NCBI GenBank assembly: GCA_002269645.1
Contig: NIVC01002846.1
Span: 1 to 64,000, forward strand
DNA from: Macrostomum lignano
Taxonomy: Eukaryota
Direction: 5' to 3'
DNA length: 64,000 bases
Shown: positions 48,565 to 61,419 of the stretch, in pieces
How the letters are laid out: each line of letters starts with the position of its first letter
Numbering within the stretch: position 1 is the stretch's first letter
The notes under the pieces: model-generated
Seen by the model: the letters and a program-made list of their open reading frames with translations, nothing else
Told to the model about the DNA's origin: nothing
Databases searched by the model: none
Program-made: the position numbers and the translations under genes

Positions 48565-51500
48565 TCACATGGCAGTCATGTTCTCCATGGCATAGTTGGG
48601 AACGCCGTTGTGGTGGTGCTGCTTCATGTGGTTGAACCGGTCGTAGTTGATGGCCACCTCCGGCAGCATCTCGGAGGCACCGATTTCTGGCACGGCGTTG
48701 TCTGTTAAAAACGAAAAGTGGAGCCAGGTTTTATTGAACTTCGGGAGTACTGTGTCTGAGAGCTGCATTACTGCAGTATAAGTAATTTGTATTCCAGGGG
48801 ATGAAAAGAAACTCAGACTGAACTGCACTAATCGTCCTTCTCACCTTCCTTCCAGCCGTGGCCGTAGGCAGTCAGAGGATAGGCCATCTCGCCGTGCTTA
48901 GGGAAATCCAGACCTGAAATTGGGAAACGTTAGGAAAAGACTCTATGAACTTTTCACGCCCTCACGACCAACTTTTATGTGCAGCGTTGAACCAGAGGCT
49001 TCAGGAAGCCTTTGAACAAAGGAAACTCTCACCTTTGATCTCGTACTCCCTGCTGACTCGGAACACCTTGAGCAGGCGAAGTGCCGAACACGATGATGGA
49101 GACGCCGCCGCTCCACGCCGTGATGGCCAGAACGCCGACGAGCTGCACGGCCAGGTCGAGTCCGCTCTGCTGGTCGAAGGTCATCACGATGCCCCGGCTG
49201 CGGTGCAGGAAGGCTACCGCGATGACGCCCCAGAGACCTCCGCCGTAGTGCACGGCCACCGCGTCAAGCGGGTCGTCGATCTTGAGCGCCAGCAGCAGCA
49301 TGGACCAGCAGGTGTAGGAGATGGCGGCGAAGAAGCCGATGATGCAGGCGCCCCACGGATAGACGACGTCGCAGCCGGCGCAGATGGCCACCATGCCGGC
49401 CAGGCCGCCGTTGATTGTCTGCAGCAGCGACCAGTGCGGTCCGCGGATGCGCCCGAGCAGCAGGGTGGCAAAGGCAGCGACGCTGCCGCTGAGGATCGTG
49501 TTGACCATCGCGATGGCCACGACAGAGCCGTCTCCTGAATTCGAGATCGATAGCTGGCTGCCGCCGTTGAAGGCGAAGAAGCCGAAGAACAGGATGAAGC
49601 CGCCGAGAGAGGCGAGCGGCACCGAGTGGCCGCGGATATCGAGCGGCTTCTTGGTTTCGTCGTCGAAGCGTCCGATTCGCGGGCCGAGGATGGCCGCCGC
49701 CACGAAAGCTGCGCAGCCTCCGGTGACGTGGACGACTCCGGAGCCGGCGAAATCCTGGAGATTGGAGACATTTCATCAGGACTTTGAATTTGAATTTGAG
49801 TGGAAAGTCGTTTTTGTAGGAAAATACATAATTTTGAGTTGCTTTAAGTTGTTTTGACTACTCAGATCCTACATTCTAGAAAGAAAGTTTGAGTCCAAGA
49901 TATTATTAGGGGCAGGGAACTATGCAATCCACTCACGTGATAGGTAGAAACCAGGCTGCCGTTCTGAGCCTTGATGCCGATCGAGAGCCAGCCAATGTCG
50001 CCGTCCCAGGCCCAGTGCGACACGATCGGGTAGACGATGCCTGCGGTGCCGGGGTGTTGTTGGCGGTGTGACTTTGCAAATAGATTCTCGCAATTGGTCT
50101 CATTTTTATTTTTGTGGCTCGTATTTTATGAAATCACTGAACAGGGCGGGGCGTATAGTCATAGCTTGAGTCAGATTTTCGAACAGTACGAATTAAAAGT
50201 GCAAAGAGCGCAACCAGAGCCGGTAAATGCAAGTCGATCCATACAGAGCTGCGTTAGTGCCACGTTACACATGTAAAGGGCTCTCGGCAACTGCTTATTC
50301 AGTGCCTCGGAAAGTTACGCTTGGTCTGGCAGCATCCGTTTCCTCTCCATGCCTTGTGATCGCTATAAACCTGGCCATCTGCCCTACTGTCTGTGCATAA
50401 TTAATGCTGAAAACCGCGCCAACGACTTTAGGCGTCGCCTCCCTATGCGTCTCGTTGCCCCTCACTTCCGCCCGCTCCCACATGAAATACGCGATCGTGA
50501 CTCGCGTGATGAAAACAAGCGACACTGCACTGCTCAAAAAGAAGCCAGCTCAGTAGTTATATTTGCATTAATATCTATCTACGGTATACTTCTAAGCATA
50601 ATTAATATTGTTAGCGAGTCTTAGTTTATGCAGGTATGCTGAGAAAAAGATAGAAGGCATCCTTACTTCTATTTCATTGCGACAGCACAGCGCTCCTTCA
50701 TGCTTTGATAGGAGCGGTGTGAGAACAGCGAGAGATAAAGAGAAAAGAATGCAGATACAGCTTTAAAATGTTGTGGGGCATAAAATCCGTTTGCCTCAGA
50801 GTGCGTTTCACGCAGAGGTCAGAAGAGTATTGCAGCAAAAACTCAAAACTTGATTGCTAGTCTAGCAAGCCGTGCAAAATGCATTGTGAAGCGGATTGAA
50901 AAGGCTCGAGTATGGAGTATGGAACTTGCTAGTTGGCCTTCCATCTCTGCCTCATCTCTCTGAGCGGCAACTTCTCTACTCTGGCGGTTCGGTCCTTCTT
51001 TTATTGTTCACTTTTAGCCAAGGCTAAGAGCTTGCAATCTGCAGCCTTTCCTGGGAAGGGGGGACGCTGCAGTCGTATTTGTTATTGCAGCGCTGGAAAC
51101 TGGCGAACACGAGACCAAACCAAAAGATGGGCTGGGCAGGGGCGAGGGCTTTGTCACAATTGTGTGCCTTTTGGAAAATTTCTGTTTACTAAAGACTAAA
51201 GAATGCAACTCCGGGGCTGCTCTACATACGATGTCTGTCTGCCCGCCTGCTTAAATATATCTGCAATGCTGGGCGGGCAGGGGGCGGTGCAATGGGTGGC
51301 GCGACCCCCTGTGCAAGTACAGCTGATACTAAAAATCCAAAGAAACGTTAAACAAAGAAGAAAAGAATTATTTTACTCCGTTGCTACTAGTCTTAACAGT
51401 CGTTTCAATCTTTGCGGGCCTTCGGTATCTGTGTCGTTTTCTTCAACAGTGACAGGGTGAAACAAGTCGCCAAGGATGTAATTTTATCTATTATGTTTAG

Positions 51501-52057
51501 GGAAAGCTTGGGACTTCTTGTATTACTCGCTGCTGTTGAATTGTTGATTGCTAATGCAGACATTTATATTTGTGTAATACTCGTAAATAGACAAACGGAA
51601 AAGAAGGCTGCTCACCCGTAATGATGAAGGAGTAGGTGATGTAAGCCAGGAACTCGCACCTCTCTGCTACAGCACCGGAAACGATCGTAGCGGCAGTGGC
51701 GGCAAAGACGAACTGGAAGAACCAGTGGGAGAACTTCGATTCGGGCAGGTAGGACATGGCAAAGTAGCCGCTGCCGCAGAACGGGTTTCCGTTCGGAGCT
51801 CCGAACGCCAGGCCGTAGCCGATTACGTAATAGGCGATGCCGCCGATGAACGAGTCCAGGATGTTCTTGATCAGGATGTTTGTAGTATTTTTCGAACGTA
51901 CGGCGCCCGCCTCCAGGAAGGCGAAGCCGCACTGCATGAAGTACACGACAATGGCCATGGTGCACAAGAAGAAGGAGTCCAGGGATTCGTTGGTTCCCCG
52001 GATCTGCGTCTTCAGCTCCTGTAGAGTTCCGTTGAGTAATTCGGCAGACGAAGCCAT
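48565..52057 (-). CDS. amt: Ammonium transporter (Amt) paralog A, carrying a 2-nt frameshift; complement(join(48565..48701,48845..48913,49033..49754,49937..50040,51616..52057))
   Basis: Motifs MQCGFAFLEAGAVRSKN, FFQFVFAATAATIVSGAVAER, DFAGSGVVH, FNGGS, DDPLDAVAVH and GLDFPKHGEMAY. Exon 3 is 722 nt versus 724 nt in paralog B (gcgaagtgcc vs gcgaaggatgcc at ~49081), which shifts the frame after TM11. This may be a true lesion or an assembly error. Confidence 0.88.
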
Positions 52058-53364
52058 GGTGCGTCTTGCTGGTAAACAGCAAAATGAGAGTCTCGATCAG
52101 CCCAGTTCAGGTTGCAACCGCCCTTCTACTCTGCTTTTCAGACTATTGAATTGTCGAAGCAAGTACGTTTTTTTAAATAGACAAACGCTGCAGCCATTGG
52201 TCAAGAAGCCCATGCGGCTCATACGGGAGAGGAGGGTGAAGTGAGAGGGTAGGCTGTTCAGTGTATGCAGACGCAAGCACGAGATCTGGTCGAAATAAAG
52301 CCGCGTGCAGTGAGTTAACTGCGCACACAAAACCCCCATCTCCCACCTCCGATTAATTATTAGCGATCTGAGAAATTCTGTAACTATCAAGCCGCCGACT
52401 CACCAATTAAGGAGAAAGTTTAAGAAATAAAATAGCTCGTAGTTATGAATTTTGTTACGTAGACCGACAGCTCCAACTCTCAGTACGATGGATGGAGGGT
52501 CTCGACTATAGCTAAGGGTGGAGCTCAATTTAGTACTTGTGCCTTGTGGCTTGTAGCTTGAGTAGCAAATCGCTTCTTACCTACTCGCTTCAGAATAGTT
52601 ATACAGCTGATTCTCGATTTCACCTTGCATAACTACCTCCCGTGAGGCTTGTACTCGTTTGATGACTGATTTGTCCAGCGGATACTAAAAACACCCTAGG
52701 AGCATTGACAGAGCGATTGCAACTTCAGCTCACTACGCTGACGCAATGACACTGTTTTCCAGCCTAACTCAGACGCACTGGGTCTGGGGTGGCGGTTCTC
52801 AATGTTGCTGAGTGTACTTTAGCAGCTCGATTGATTGCTCGATGCAATTTGTGTTTGTGCAAGTACCTAAGTTAGACGCAATATTCAAAGTAGCTTTAAC
52901 AAAACAAAAGAAAACTGATCATTTACTTGATGCTGTAAACGTTTCATTTAGTTATGGGAAATTGATCATTTTGTGTAGCTGGTGATAGAGTTATTTTTCA
53001 TTCCCTTTGCTTCAAGATCGATTGATTAAGCATAAAACAGATGCAATTAAAACAAGAACATCAACATCTAATAGATGCATGTACACTCACGGACACACAC
53101 ACTCCGTGGGTGTACATAAAAGACCATAATTACTATACCTAGATGTATTTTCAGCTACTAACATGTAGCTCGTAAGCTGGTCGTTAAATTGACTTAAGCC
53201 ACAAGTGACATGCGTTGTAGGGTCTTCGCGGGCAATATTTTCTCTCATATTACAGACGTGAAGAGTAGGCTAGTGTAATTAGTTAATTGAGGTAAAAAAC
53301 CTGACGGGCAAACGTCTGGTGGGTAAACATCCAGCGGGAAATCGAGTATATGCGTCGGCGGGCA

Positions 53365-53612
53365 ACGTCCGGTGAGCAAACGTCCGGTGAGCAAACTTCC
53401 GGTGAGCAAACTTCCGGTGAGCAAACTTCCGGTGAGCAAACTTCCGGTGAGCAAACTTCCGGTGAGCAAACGTCCGGTGAGCAAACGTCCGGTGAGCAAC
53501 GTCCGGTGAGCAAACTTCCGGTGAGCAAACTTCCGGTGAGCAAACGTCCAGTGAGCAAACGTCCAGTGAGCAAACGTCCAGTGAGCAAACGTCCGGTGAG
53601 CAAACATCCAGC
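53365..53612. repeat. 15-bp minisatellite (ccggtgagcaaac[t/g]t)n between the Amt paralogs
   Basis: About 16 units, flanked on both sides by aaacatccagcgggaaa. Confidence 0.92.
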
Positions 53613-54298
53613 GGGAAAATTTCTCACAGGCAAAGACAAACGGGGTGTATCTCGCTTTGCTGTTCAAACATTATCTTATAGATTAATCGAGAAAACTGAT
53701 CTGGGTAGCTTTAATCCGTTCGACCCTCGCGCACCGCTCCTCCCACTTCATTCCTCAACCCCAGTCTGCCGTGGCGTAGCTGAGTTGCGTCACTCGCAGA
53801 GATTGAGAGACTTGCCTGCACTCTCAAAAGTGGCGACCACAGACAGAATCTTCTGTGATGGCGATTTTTCGATGATTTTTCAGAAACGAATTGACCTGGG
53901 TCGTTCTATTAGGCCCCTTTTTTGGGGGGGGGGGCAAAGTCCCTTTATTACGCGTATCTGCAGTGTTCTCTGGACCCTGCAGGCATTCTCGCGCCTGATG
54001 CAGCTTGATGTAAAATGCGTAAGATGAAGGTGCTTAAATAAAGTTTGTTTGAGACTAGTTCGTGTATAAGGCAAGCAGCATTGTGGAACTCGCAGTAAAT
54101 AGTAAGTAATTTATTGATTGCCGATAGTGTAAATTAGTTATTGACATGACATGACTGATTTCTTTTTAGTGTCCACGCACTTTTATCTTCTGAAGCTACA
54201 GGCGGAGTAGGTGCATAAAATCCTAATAAAATAGAAGACCTGTTACTATTTTTCACTATCACTGAGTTAATGGTTCACTCATCGTCGAGCTTTCGAAA

Positions 54299-57210
54299 TC
54301 ACATAGCAGTAGCATCTTCCATAGCGTCGTTTTGAGCTCCTTTGAGCTGATGGTGGCGAGTCATGTTATGGAAACGGTCGTAGTTGATGAGCACCTCGGG
54401 CAGCATCTCTGTGGCTCCGATCTCCGGCACAACATTGTCTAAAACGATGGCAATAGGATCAGTTGTTTGCTAAACCCTGATTTGTACCGTCAGTTACAGT
54501 TAGTTTAGTTATGCCTAGTTATGCCGTTTCAATGCGTTAGATCAGCATTGAAAATTTTCAAATGTCACCAATGCGAGCTACGGATTAAAAGAAAAATATA
54601 GCATTTTGCAGCCCATTTGGGCTTACGCGCATTTAATTTAATCCAAGATACGTTTGCCAATGTAACAGAGCTTTTGTCTATGGTAGCAAGGCTGGCGCAG
54701 CGGCATTTAATTTGGTCCAAACACTCGTGAGCCATTGGACAAACTCTTGCCTTCTCTCAACCGTCTTCAGGTTGTTGCGCACCGCTGGAATGTCAGCGTC
54801 TCTACCAGCAATTTTCAGTTACTTTTCCAGAGCTCTGCTGATAGTCGAAATCTGATAACCAACTGGAGCTGTTCCCTCAACTTCTGCTGCATTTTCTGAA
54901 ACGTCAACAAAGGGTTCGTCTCCACTGCATCGAGTAGCAGTTGGACCTGAGGCTCTCGAGCAAATTTCCTTGGCGATTGCCACCCTTTCGCAGGCAATCT
55001 CTGCCGGCAGAGTTTCAAGGCGCTGCTGGATGCTGTAAACCACCTTTTCTTTTACATTCAGCAACCTTGCAATGTCCTTTGGGTGTTTACCTCCGTCGAG
55101 TGCTTCGATCACAAGCCAATGACATTCGTTCAACAGCCTAGCATATGGTCCACAATTCTGGGACTGAGCTGCAAATGGACTAAATAGACCAAATTGACGC
55201 TTGTTGGACCAAATTAAATGCCGCTGCGCCAGCCTTGCTACCATAGACAAAAGCTCTGTTACTTTGACAAACATATCTTGGGTTAAATTCAATGCGCGTA
55301 AGCCCAAATGGGCTGCAAAAAGCTATATTAAAAACTACGAGCTATGTTTAAAGCCGATTTACATTAGATGCAGGTATGGCACCTGGAGCCGAAAGCTCAC
55401 TCACCTTCTTTCCAACCATGGCCGTACGAGGTCAAAGGATAGGCCATTTCTCCATGCTTTGGAAAGTCAAGACCTGTAGAGGTTAATAAAATTGAAAATA
55501 ATAGGAACTGTCTGCCAAAACACCAGCAAAACAAGCAAACTTAGTCATTCACTTCCCACAAAGCTGGCAATCGAAAAACTCCAAAATCGTCTTTATAACC
55601 AAATTGGAATACAGATCAAACATATTCAACGAACTCCGTCCTCTGATTTATTATTGGTCGGCATCAGACTGATTAAAACCAAAAAGTTTCATAACCAATC
55701 TTAAGCTTCTCACCTTTGATCTCGTACTCCCTGCTGACTCGGAACACCTTGAGCAGGCGAAGGATGCCGAACACGATGATGGAGACGCCGCCGCTCCACG
55801 CCGTGATGGCCAGAACGCCGACGAGCTGCACGGCCAGGAAGAGTCCGCTCTGCTGGTCGAAGGTCATCACGATGCCCTGGCTGCGGTGCAGGAAGGCTAC
55901 CGCGATGACGCCCCAGAGACCTCCGCCGTAGTGCACGGCCACCGCGTCAAGCGGGTCGTCGATCTTGAGCGCCAGCAGCAGCATGGACCAGCAGGTGTAG
56001 GAGATGGCGGCGAAGAAGCCGATGATGCAGGCGCCCCACGGATAGACGACGTCGCAGCCGGCGCAGATGGCCACCATGCCGGCCAGGCTGCCGTTGATTG
56101 TCTGCAGCAGCGACCAGTGCGGTCCGCGGATGCGCCCGAGCAGCAGGGTGACAAAGGCAGCGACGCTGCCGCTGAGGATCGTGTTGACCATCGCGATGGC
56201 CACGACAGAGCCGTCTCCTGAATTCGAGATCGATAGCTGGCTGCCACCGTTGAAGGCGAAGAAGCCGAAGAATAGGATGAAGCCGCCGAGAGAGGCGAGC
56301 GGCACCGAGTGGCCGCGGATGTCGAGCGGCTTCTTGGTTTCGTCGTCGAAGCGTCCGATTCGCGGGCCGAGGATGGCCGCCGCCACGAAAGCTGCGCAGC
56401 CTCCGGTGACGTGGACGACTCCGGAGCCGGCGAAATCCTGTGAGCATTCGGAGATGATGAAGTGATTCTATCAGATATTTGTTTCTCTGATTTTCAGTCA
56501 GGATCTAATATCAGAAATTTGATTTTGTCCCAAACTGTAGGCCAACGGCAGAATTAAGCCAGATCACTCACGTGAAAAGTGGAGGCCAGAGCGCCGTTGT
56601 GGGCGGTGATACTGACCGACAGCCAGCCAACGCCTGTGTCCCAGACCCAGTGCGACACAATGGGGTAGAGAAAGCCTGCAGTTTGATGCGTCAAGTGAAT
56701 GTTAGTTTCCTTAATTAACTTAGTCGTGGGCTACTCACTCGTTTGTGAAAAGTCTCTCTGTTACTCACCTGTGATAACAAAGGAGTAGGCTATGTAGGCC
56801 TTAAAGTCACACCTCTCTGCTACGGCCCCAGAAACAATTGTTGAAGCAGTGGCGGCAAAGACGAACTGGAAGAACCAGTGGGAGAACTTCGATTCGGGCA
56901 GGTAGGACATGGCAAAGTAGCCGCTGCCGCAGAACGGGTTTCCGTTCGGAGCTCCGAACGCCAGGCCGTAGCCGATTACGTAATAGGCGATGCCGCCGAT
57001 GAACGAGTCCAGGATGTTCTTGATCAGGATGTTTGTAGTATTTTTCGAACGTACGGCGCCCGCCTCCAGAAAGGCGAAGCCGCACTGCATGAAGTACACG
57101 ACAATGGCCATGGTGCACAAGAAGAAGGAGTCCAGGGATTCGTTGGTTCCCCGGATCTGCGTCTTCAGCTCCTGTAGAGTTCCGTTGAGTAATTCGGCAG
57201 ACGAAGCCAT
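54299..57210 (-). CDS. amt: Ammonium transporter (Amt) paralog B, intact, ~492 aa; complement(join(54299..54438,55405..55473,55714..56437,56572..56675,56769..57210))
   Basis: Same motifs and identical intron positions and phases (1,0,1,1) as paralog A. The reading frame is open to TGA at 54299. Both pore histidines are present (GVVH, AVH). Confidence 0.93.
54599..55325 (-). mobile_element. Internally deleted Tc1/mariner-IS630-type element in Amt-B intron 4
   Basis: ~120-bp TIRs (tagcattttgcagcccatttgggcttacgcgca...ttggtccaa and its inverse), with TA on both sides. The interior holds a frameshifted HTH-like transposase N-terminus (VIEALDGGKHPKDIARLLNVKEKVVYSI; LLDAVETNPLLTFQKMQQKL). Confidence 0.8.
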
Positions 57211-58941
57211 GGTGCGTCTTGCTGGTAAACAGCAAAATGAGAGTCTCGATCAGCCCAGTTCAGGTTGTTGCTAAGCAAATCTGCTCAATTTTTCATCTCC
57301 ATGCAGTGCAGGTCTCTTTAAACGCTGCCTGAATTAGACAGAAACGGTGTGCTGCAGCCTTTGGTCAAGGTGCAGCCGCGGATCATTAAGAGGTGGTTGA
57401 AGGAGCAGCGTGCATGAAGTAGTTGACTGGTAGAAGAAGCACGTTGGGGGTTTAAACGTCATGCAACCCCTAACCGACGAGGCCACATGCAACTAAATAG
57501 AAGAGCTGAACTGCAACTGCCCTTCCCCCAGATATGTTTGAATGTGAAGGAACAACGTGAGCTCCTAATTTGTTGGTAAGATCCTACAAGAGCTCCACAT
57601 GTGTGCTCAGCAACATTGAAAAGTCGCCATCACAAAAGATTCCGTCTGTGGTCGCCACTTTTGAGAGCGCAGGTAAAATCTCTATCGAAATGGTTGGCCC
57701 GGTGATGATAGACGCTGGTCGAAAGACGCTGCTCGCTGGGGCAGAGGGTCTTTTTTGCCCACTCAAGGTTGGCATAAGTTTACAAGTACTCGCTTACATC
57801 AGACTTAATCAGTTCACTTCGAAAGAGCTGCAGAACTGAGTGAAACTGGAACGCAGTCCATACAAGTTGTGCTGGAGCATTGGAGTTGCTAAGATTTTTG
57901 GGCCTGCACACGAGCGACAGGCAGGCAGTACCAGCCGTATTCTGTAAGAGCATGCGTTACGCAACAGCTACTGTTGCACGTATATCAATTTACACTCCAT
58001 CCAGGGACCTGTCACTCCCTTGGCTGACTGGAAGGTCAGAAGAAGGTCATTTGGAGTTGCGTCTCGCTCATGCTGTTTACCAGTGCCGCCAGTCCCTAGA
58101 GAGAGAAATTCTCACGAAGGAATGTGTCCATAATTAAAGGCCAAATGTAATTAGAGCATTCCATAGCATAAATATGAATGCAATTAAATGCGATAAATGC
58201 TGGATTTCCCTTGTCAATTCAGCCTTATGTTGGAACTTTTATAGTTGCTCTCCGTGATAAATTTGAGCAGGAACTCTCGAATAATGACTCAAGAAGATGG
58301 AGAGGAGCTGGGTGTCCCATTTGTCCCACTTCAAAGCAGGCAATGGCGAGGCCAAGTGAAAAAATACGAAATGGCAAAAATGTACTAAAAAAGGTCAGCA
58401 CCCGTACGTACAAACGCGCATTACATACGGAAGAGTGTTGCATTGCAGTCTATATAATAAACGGCAGTTTGACGAAAACACAGCGCGGCAGCCTTGAGCT
58501 CAGGCACGTGACACGCAGCAAGCAGCTCAGCTCCCAACTATTCTCATAGCTATGCTGCCACATGCATATATGCTTGCTCTCTCTCTGCCAACAATAGCAG
58601 AAATAAAATAAGAAAGCAGCCGGTCCCGCCGTTCTTGATCGATGGCAGAGTGAGTTTCCATTGCCGGGGTTTCCCACAGCAGCTCTCAAAGCAGGCAGAG
58701 AGGATAAATGAATTGACACAATGGCCGAATGCAGTTCTCTCGGCAGGAAATGGTCATAGCTACGAGTACCTGAGATAACAGTCAACTTGAGTCTCCCAGC
58801 GCCCTCTGCTTGCCACATAGGCGTAGGAACGTTTCAAAAAGTGGGGGATATAGGGGGGAGGGGGCGTACAGGGTGCACGCATTTATATGGAAAATGCACA
58901 TTATCATGTACCGATTATTTTCAGAATCGGTGTTGTCAGCA

Positions 58942-60412
58942 CTCATTTTAGCGCCGCAGGCCCCATTTTAGCGCCGCAGGCCCCATTTTAGCGCCGCAGG
59001 CACCCATTTTAGCGCTCACAGGCCCCATTTTTAGCGCCGCAGGCATCCATTTTAGCGCCGCAGGCACCCATTTTAGCGCCGCAGGCACCCATTTTAGCGC
59101 CGCAGGCCCCATTTTAGCGCCGCAGGCACTCATTTTAGCGCTCACAGGCCCCATTTTTAGCGCCGCAGGCATCCATTTTAGCGCCGCAGGCACCCATTTT
59201 AGCGCCGCAGGCCCCATTTTAGCGCCGCAGGCACTCATTTTAGCGCTCACAGGCCCCATTTTTAGCGCCGCAGGCATCCATTTTAGCGCCGCAGGCACCC
59301 ATTTTAGCGCTCACAGGCCCCATTTTTAGCGCCGCAGGCACTCATTTTAGCGCTCACAGGCCCCATTTTTAGCGCCGCAGGCACTTATATTAGCGCCGCA
59401 GGCACTCATTTTAGCGCTCACAGGCCCCATTTTTAGCGCCGCAGGCACCCATTTTAGCGTCGCAGGCACCCATTTTAGCGCCGCAGGCACTCATTTTAGC
59501 GCCGCAGGCACCCATTTTAGCGTCGCAGGCACCCATTTTTAGCGCCGCAGGCACTCATTTTAGCGCCGCAGGCACCCATTTTAGCGTCGCAGGCACCCAT
59601 TTTAGCGCCGCAGGCACTCATTTTAGCGCCGCAGGCACTCATTTTAGCGCCACAGGCACCCATTTTAGCGCCGCAGGCACTCATTTTAGCGCTCACAGGC
59701 CCCATTTTTAGCGCCGCAAGCACTCATTTTAGCGCTCACAGGCCCCATTTTTAGCGCCGCAGGCACCCATTTTAGCGGCGCAGGCACTCATTTTAGCGCT
59801 CACAGGCCCCATTTTAGCGCCGCAGCCACCCATTTTAGCGCCGCAGGCACCCATTTTAGCGCCGCAGGCACCCATTTTAGCGCCGCAGGCACTCATTTTA
59901 GCGCTCACAGGCCCCATTTTAGCGCCGCAGCCACCCATTTTAGCGCCGCAGGCACCCATTTTAGCGCCGCAGGCACCCATTTTAGCGCCGCAGGCACTCA
60001 TTTTAGCGCCGCAGGCACCCATTTTAGCGCCGCAGGCACTCATTTTAGCGCCGCAGGCACCCATTTTAGCGCCGCAGGCACTCATTTTAGCGCCGCAGGC
60101 ACCCATTTTAGCGGCGCAGGCACTCATTTTAGCGCTCACAGGCCCCATTTTAGCGCCGCAGGCACCCATTTTAGCGCCGCAGGCACCCATTTTAGCGCCG
60201 CAGCCACCCATTTTAGCGCCGCAGCCACCCATTTTAGCGTCGCAGGCACCCATTTTAGCGCCGCAGGCACCCATTTTAGCGCCGCAGGCACCCATTTTAG
60301 CGCCGCAGGCACCCATTTTAGCGCCGCAGGCACCCATTTTAGCGCCGCAGCCACCCATTTTAGCGTCGCAGGCACCCATTTTAGCGCCGCAGGCACCCAT
60401 TTTAGCGCCACA
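58942..60412. repeat. 21-bp minisatellite (cccattttagcgccgcaggca)n
   Basis: About 70 units with a higher-order variant pattern (agcgctcacaggccccatttt). It explains the GAKM/VPAALK ORFs. Confidence 0.96.
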
Positions 60413-61094
60413 GACGCTATGTTTTGTCACCCTGCAGCAAAATGCATTGACGCAGAGCAGCAAAAATAAAAAATAAGAGTAAAAAATAAGGAAAAAGTCT
60501 ACATTTTGTGTTTAAAAAGTGGGGGGCGGGGGCCATGGCCCCACTGCCCCCCCCGTTCAAGCCAAACATTTAACCTCTTGGTGGAAACCATCTTCAGGCT
60601 GTCAATCTTGCTTGATGAAGCTTGAAACTGCATGGCCCCATGGTGAGGAATAAATTCGGCAACAGAAATGAGAAAGTGGCTGTCCAGACTAGCAGCGGGT
60701 TAAATGTTATGCAGCATTCGATAAGCGCCAGTGCCAATCAGAAGAACTGGCCGCCGAAAATAAACACAAAAATTTATTTCAAATCTGCACAGGAAATCAT
60801 TAAAATTAACAATTAAAGCAAAGGCGTTGCTGCTCTACTACAAGTAGCAGTACGAGTAAATTAGTGCCAAATTATCAAATGAATTTTTAGCATCGAATTG
60901 AAATGGCAAATACTGGCTTCACCTATATAGCTAGCACACTGTAGACTCAGTAGAGAATAATTTATGTCAATTACTGAGTCAATTACTGATTTAGACTCTA
61001 GATGGTTTTAACTGGATAGTCTCGGGGGTCTAACGATTCCAATTAGATGAACTGGTGTCTCAATTCACATCAATTCACAAATAGGTTCATTAAG

Positions 61095-61398
61095 GTCTCA
61101 ATTAGGTCTATGATGACAAAGGTCTCAGGTCAATCAAGGTCACCATTAGGTCAAATGACAAGGTCACAGGTCAATCAAGGTCACCATTAGGTCAATGATG
61201 ACAAAGGTCTCAGGTCAATCAAGGTCACCATTAGGTCAATGATGACAAAGGTCTCAGGTCAATCAATTACCATTAGGTCAATGATGACAAAGGTCTCAGG
61301 TCAATCAAGGTCACCATTAGGTCAATGATGACAAAGGTCTCAGGTCAATCAATTACCATTAGGTCAATGATGACAAGGTCACAGGTCAATCAAGGTCG
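61095..61398. repeat. 44-bp tandem repeat (aggtcaatcaaggtcaccattaggtcaatgatgacaaaggtctc)n just 3' of PHYH
   Basis: About 7 units, seen directly. Confidence 0.92.
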
Positions 61399-61419
61399 CG
61401 CCGCTGAAGTCATCGAAGG

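Noticed and set aside
58948-60463. GAKM/VPAALK repeat ORFs resembling antifreeze or structural proteins
   Set aside because: They are products of a 21-bp array with frequent 1-nt indels and no splice or start context.
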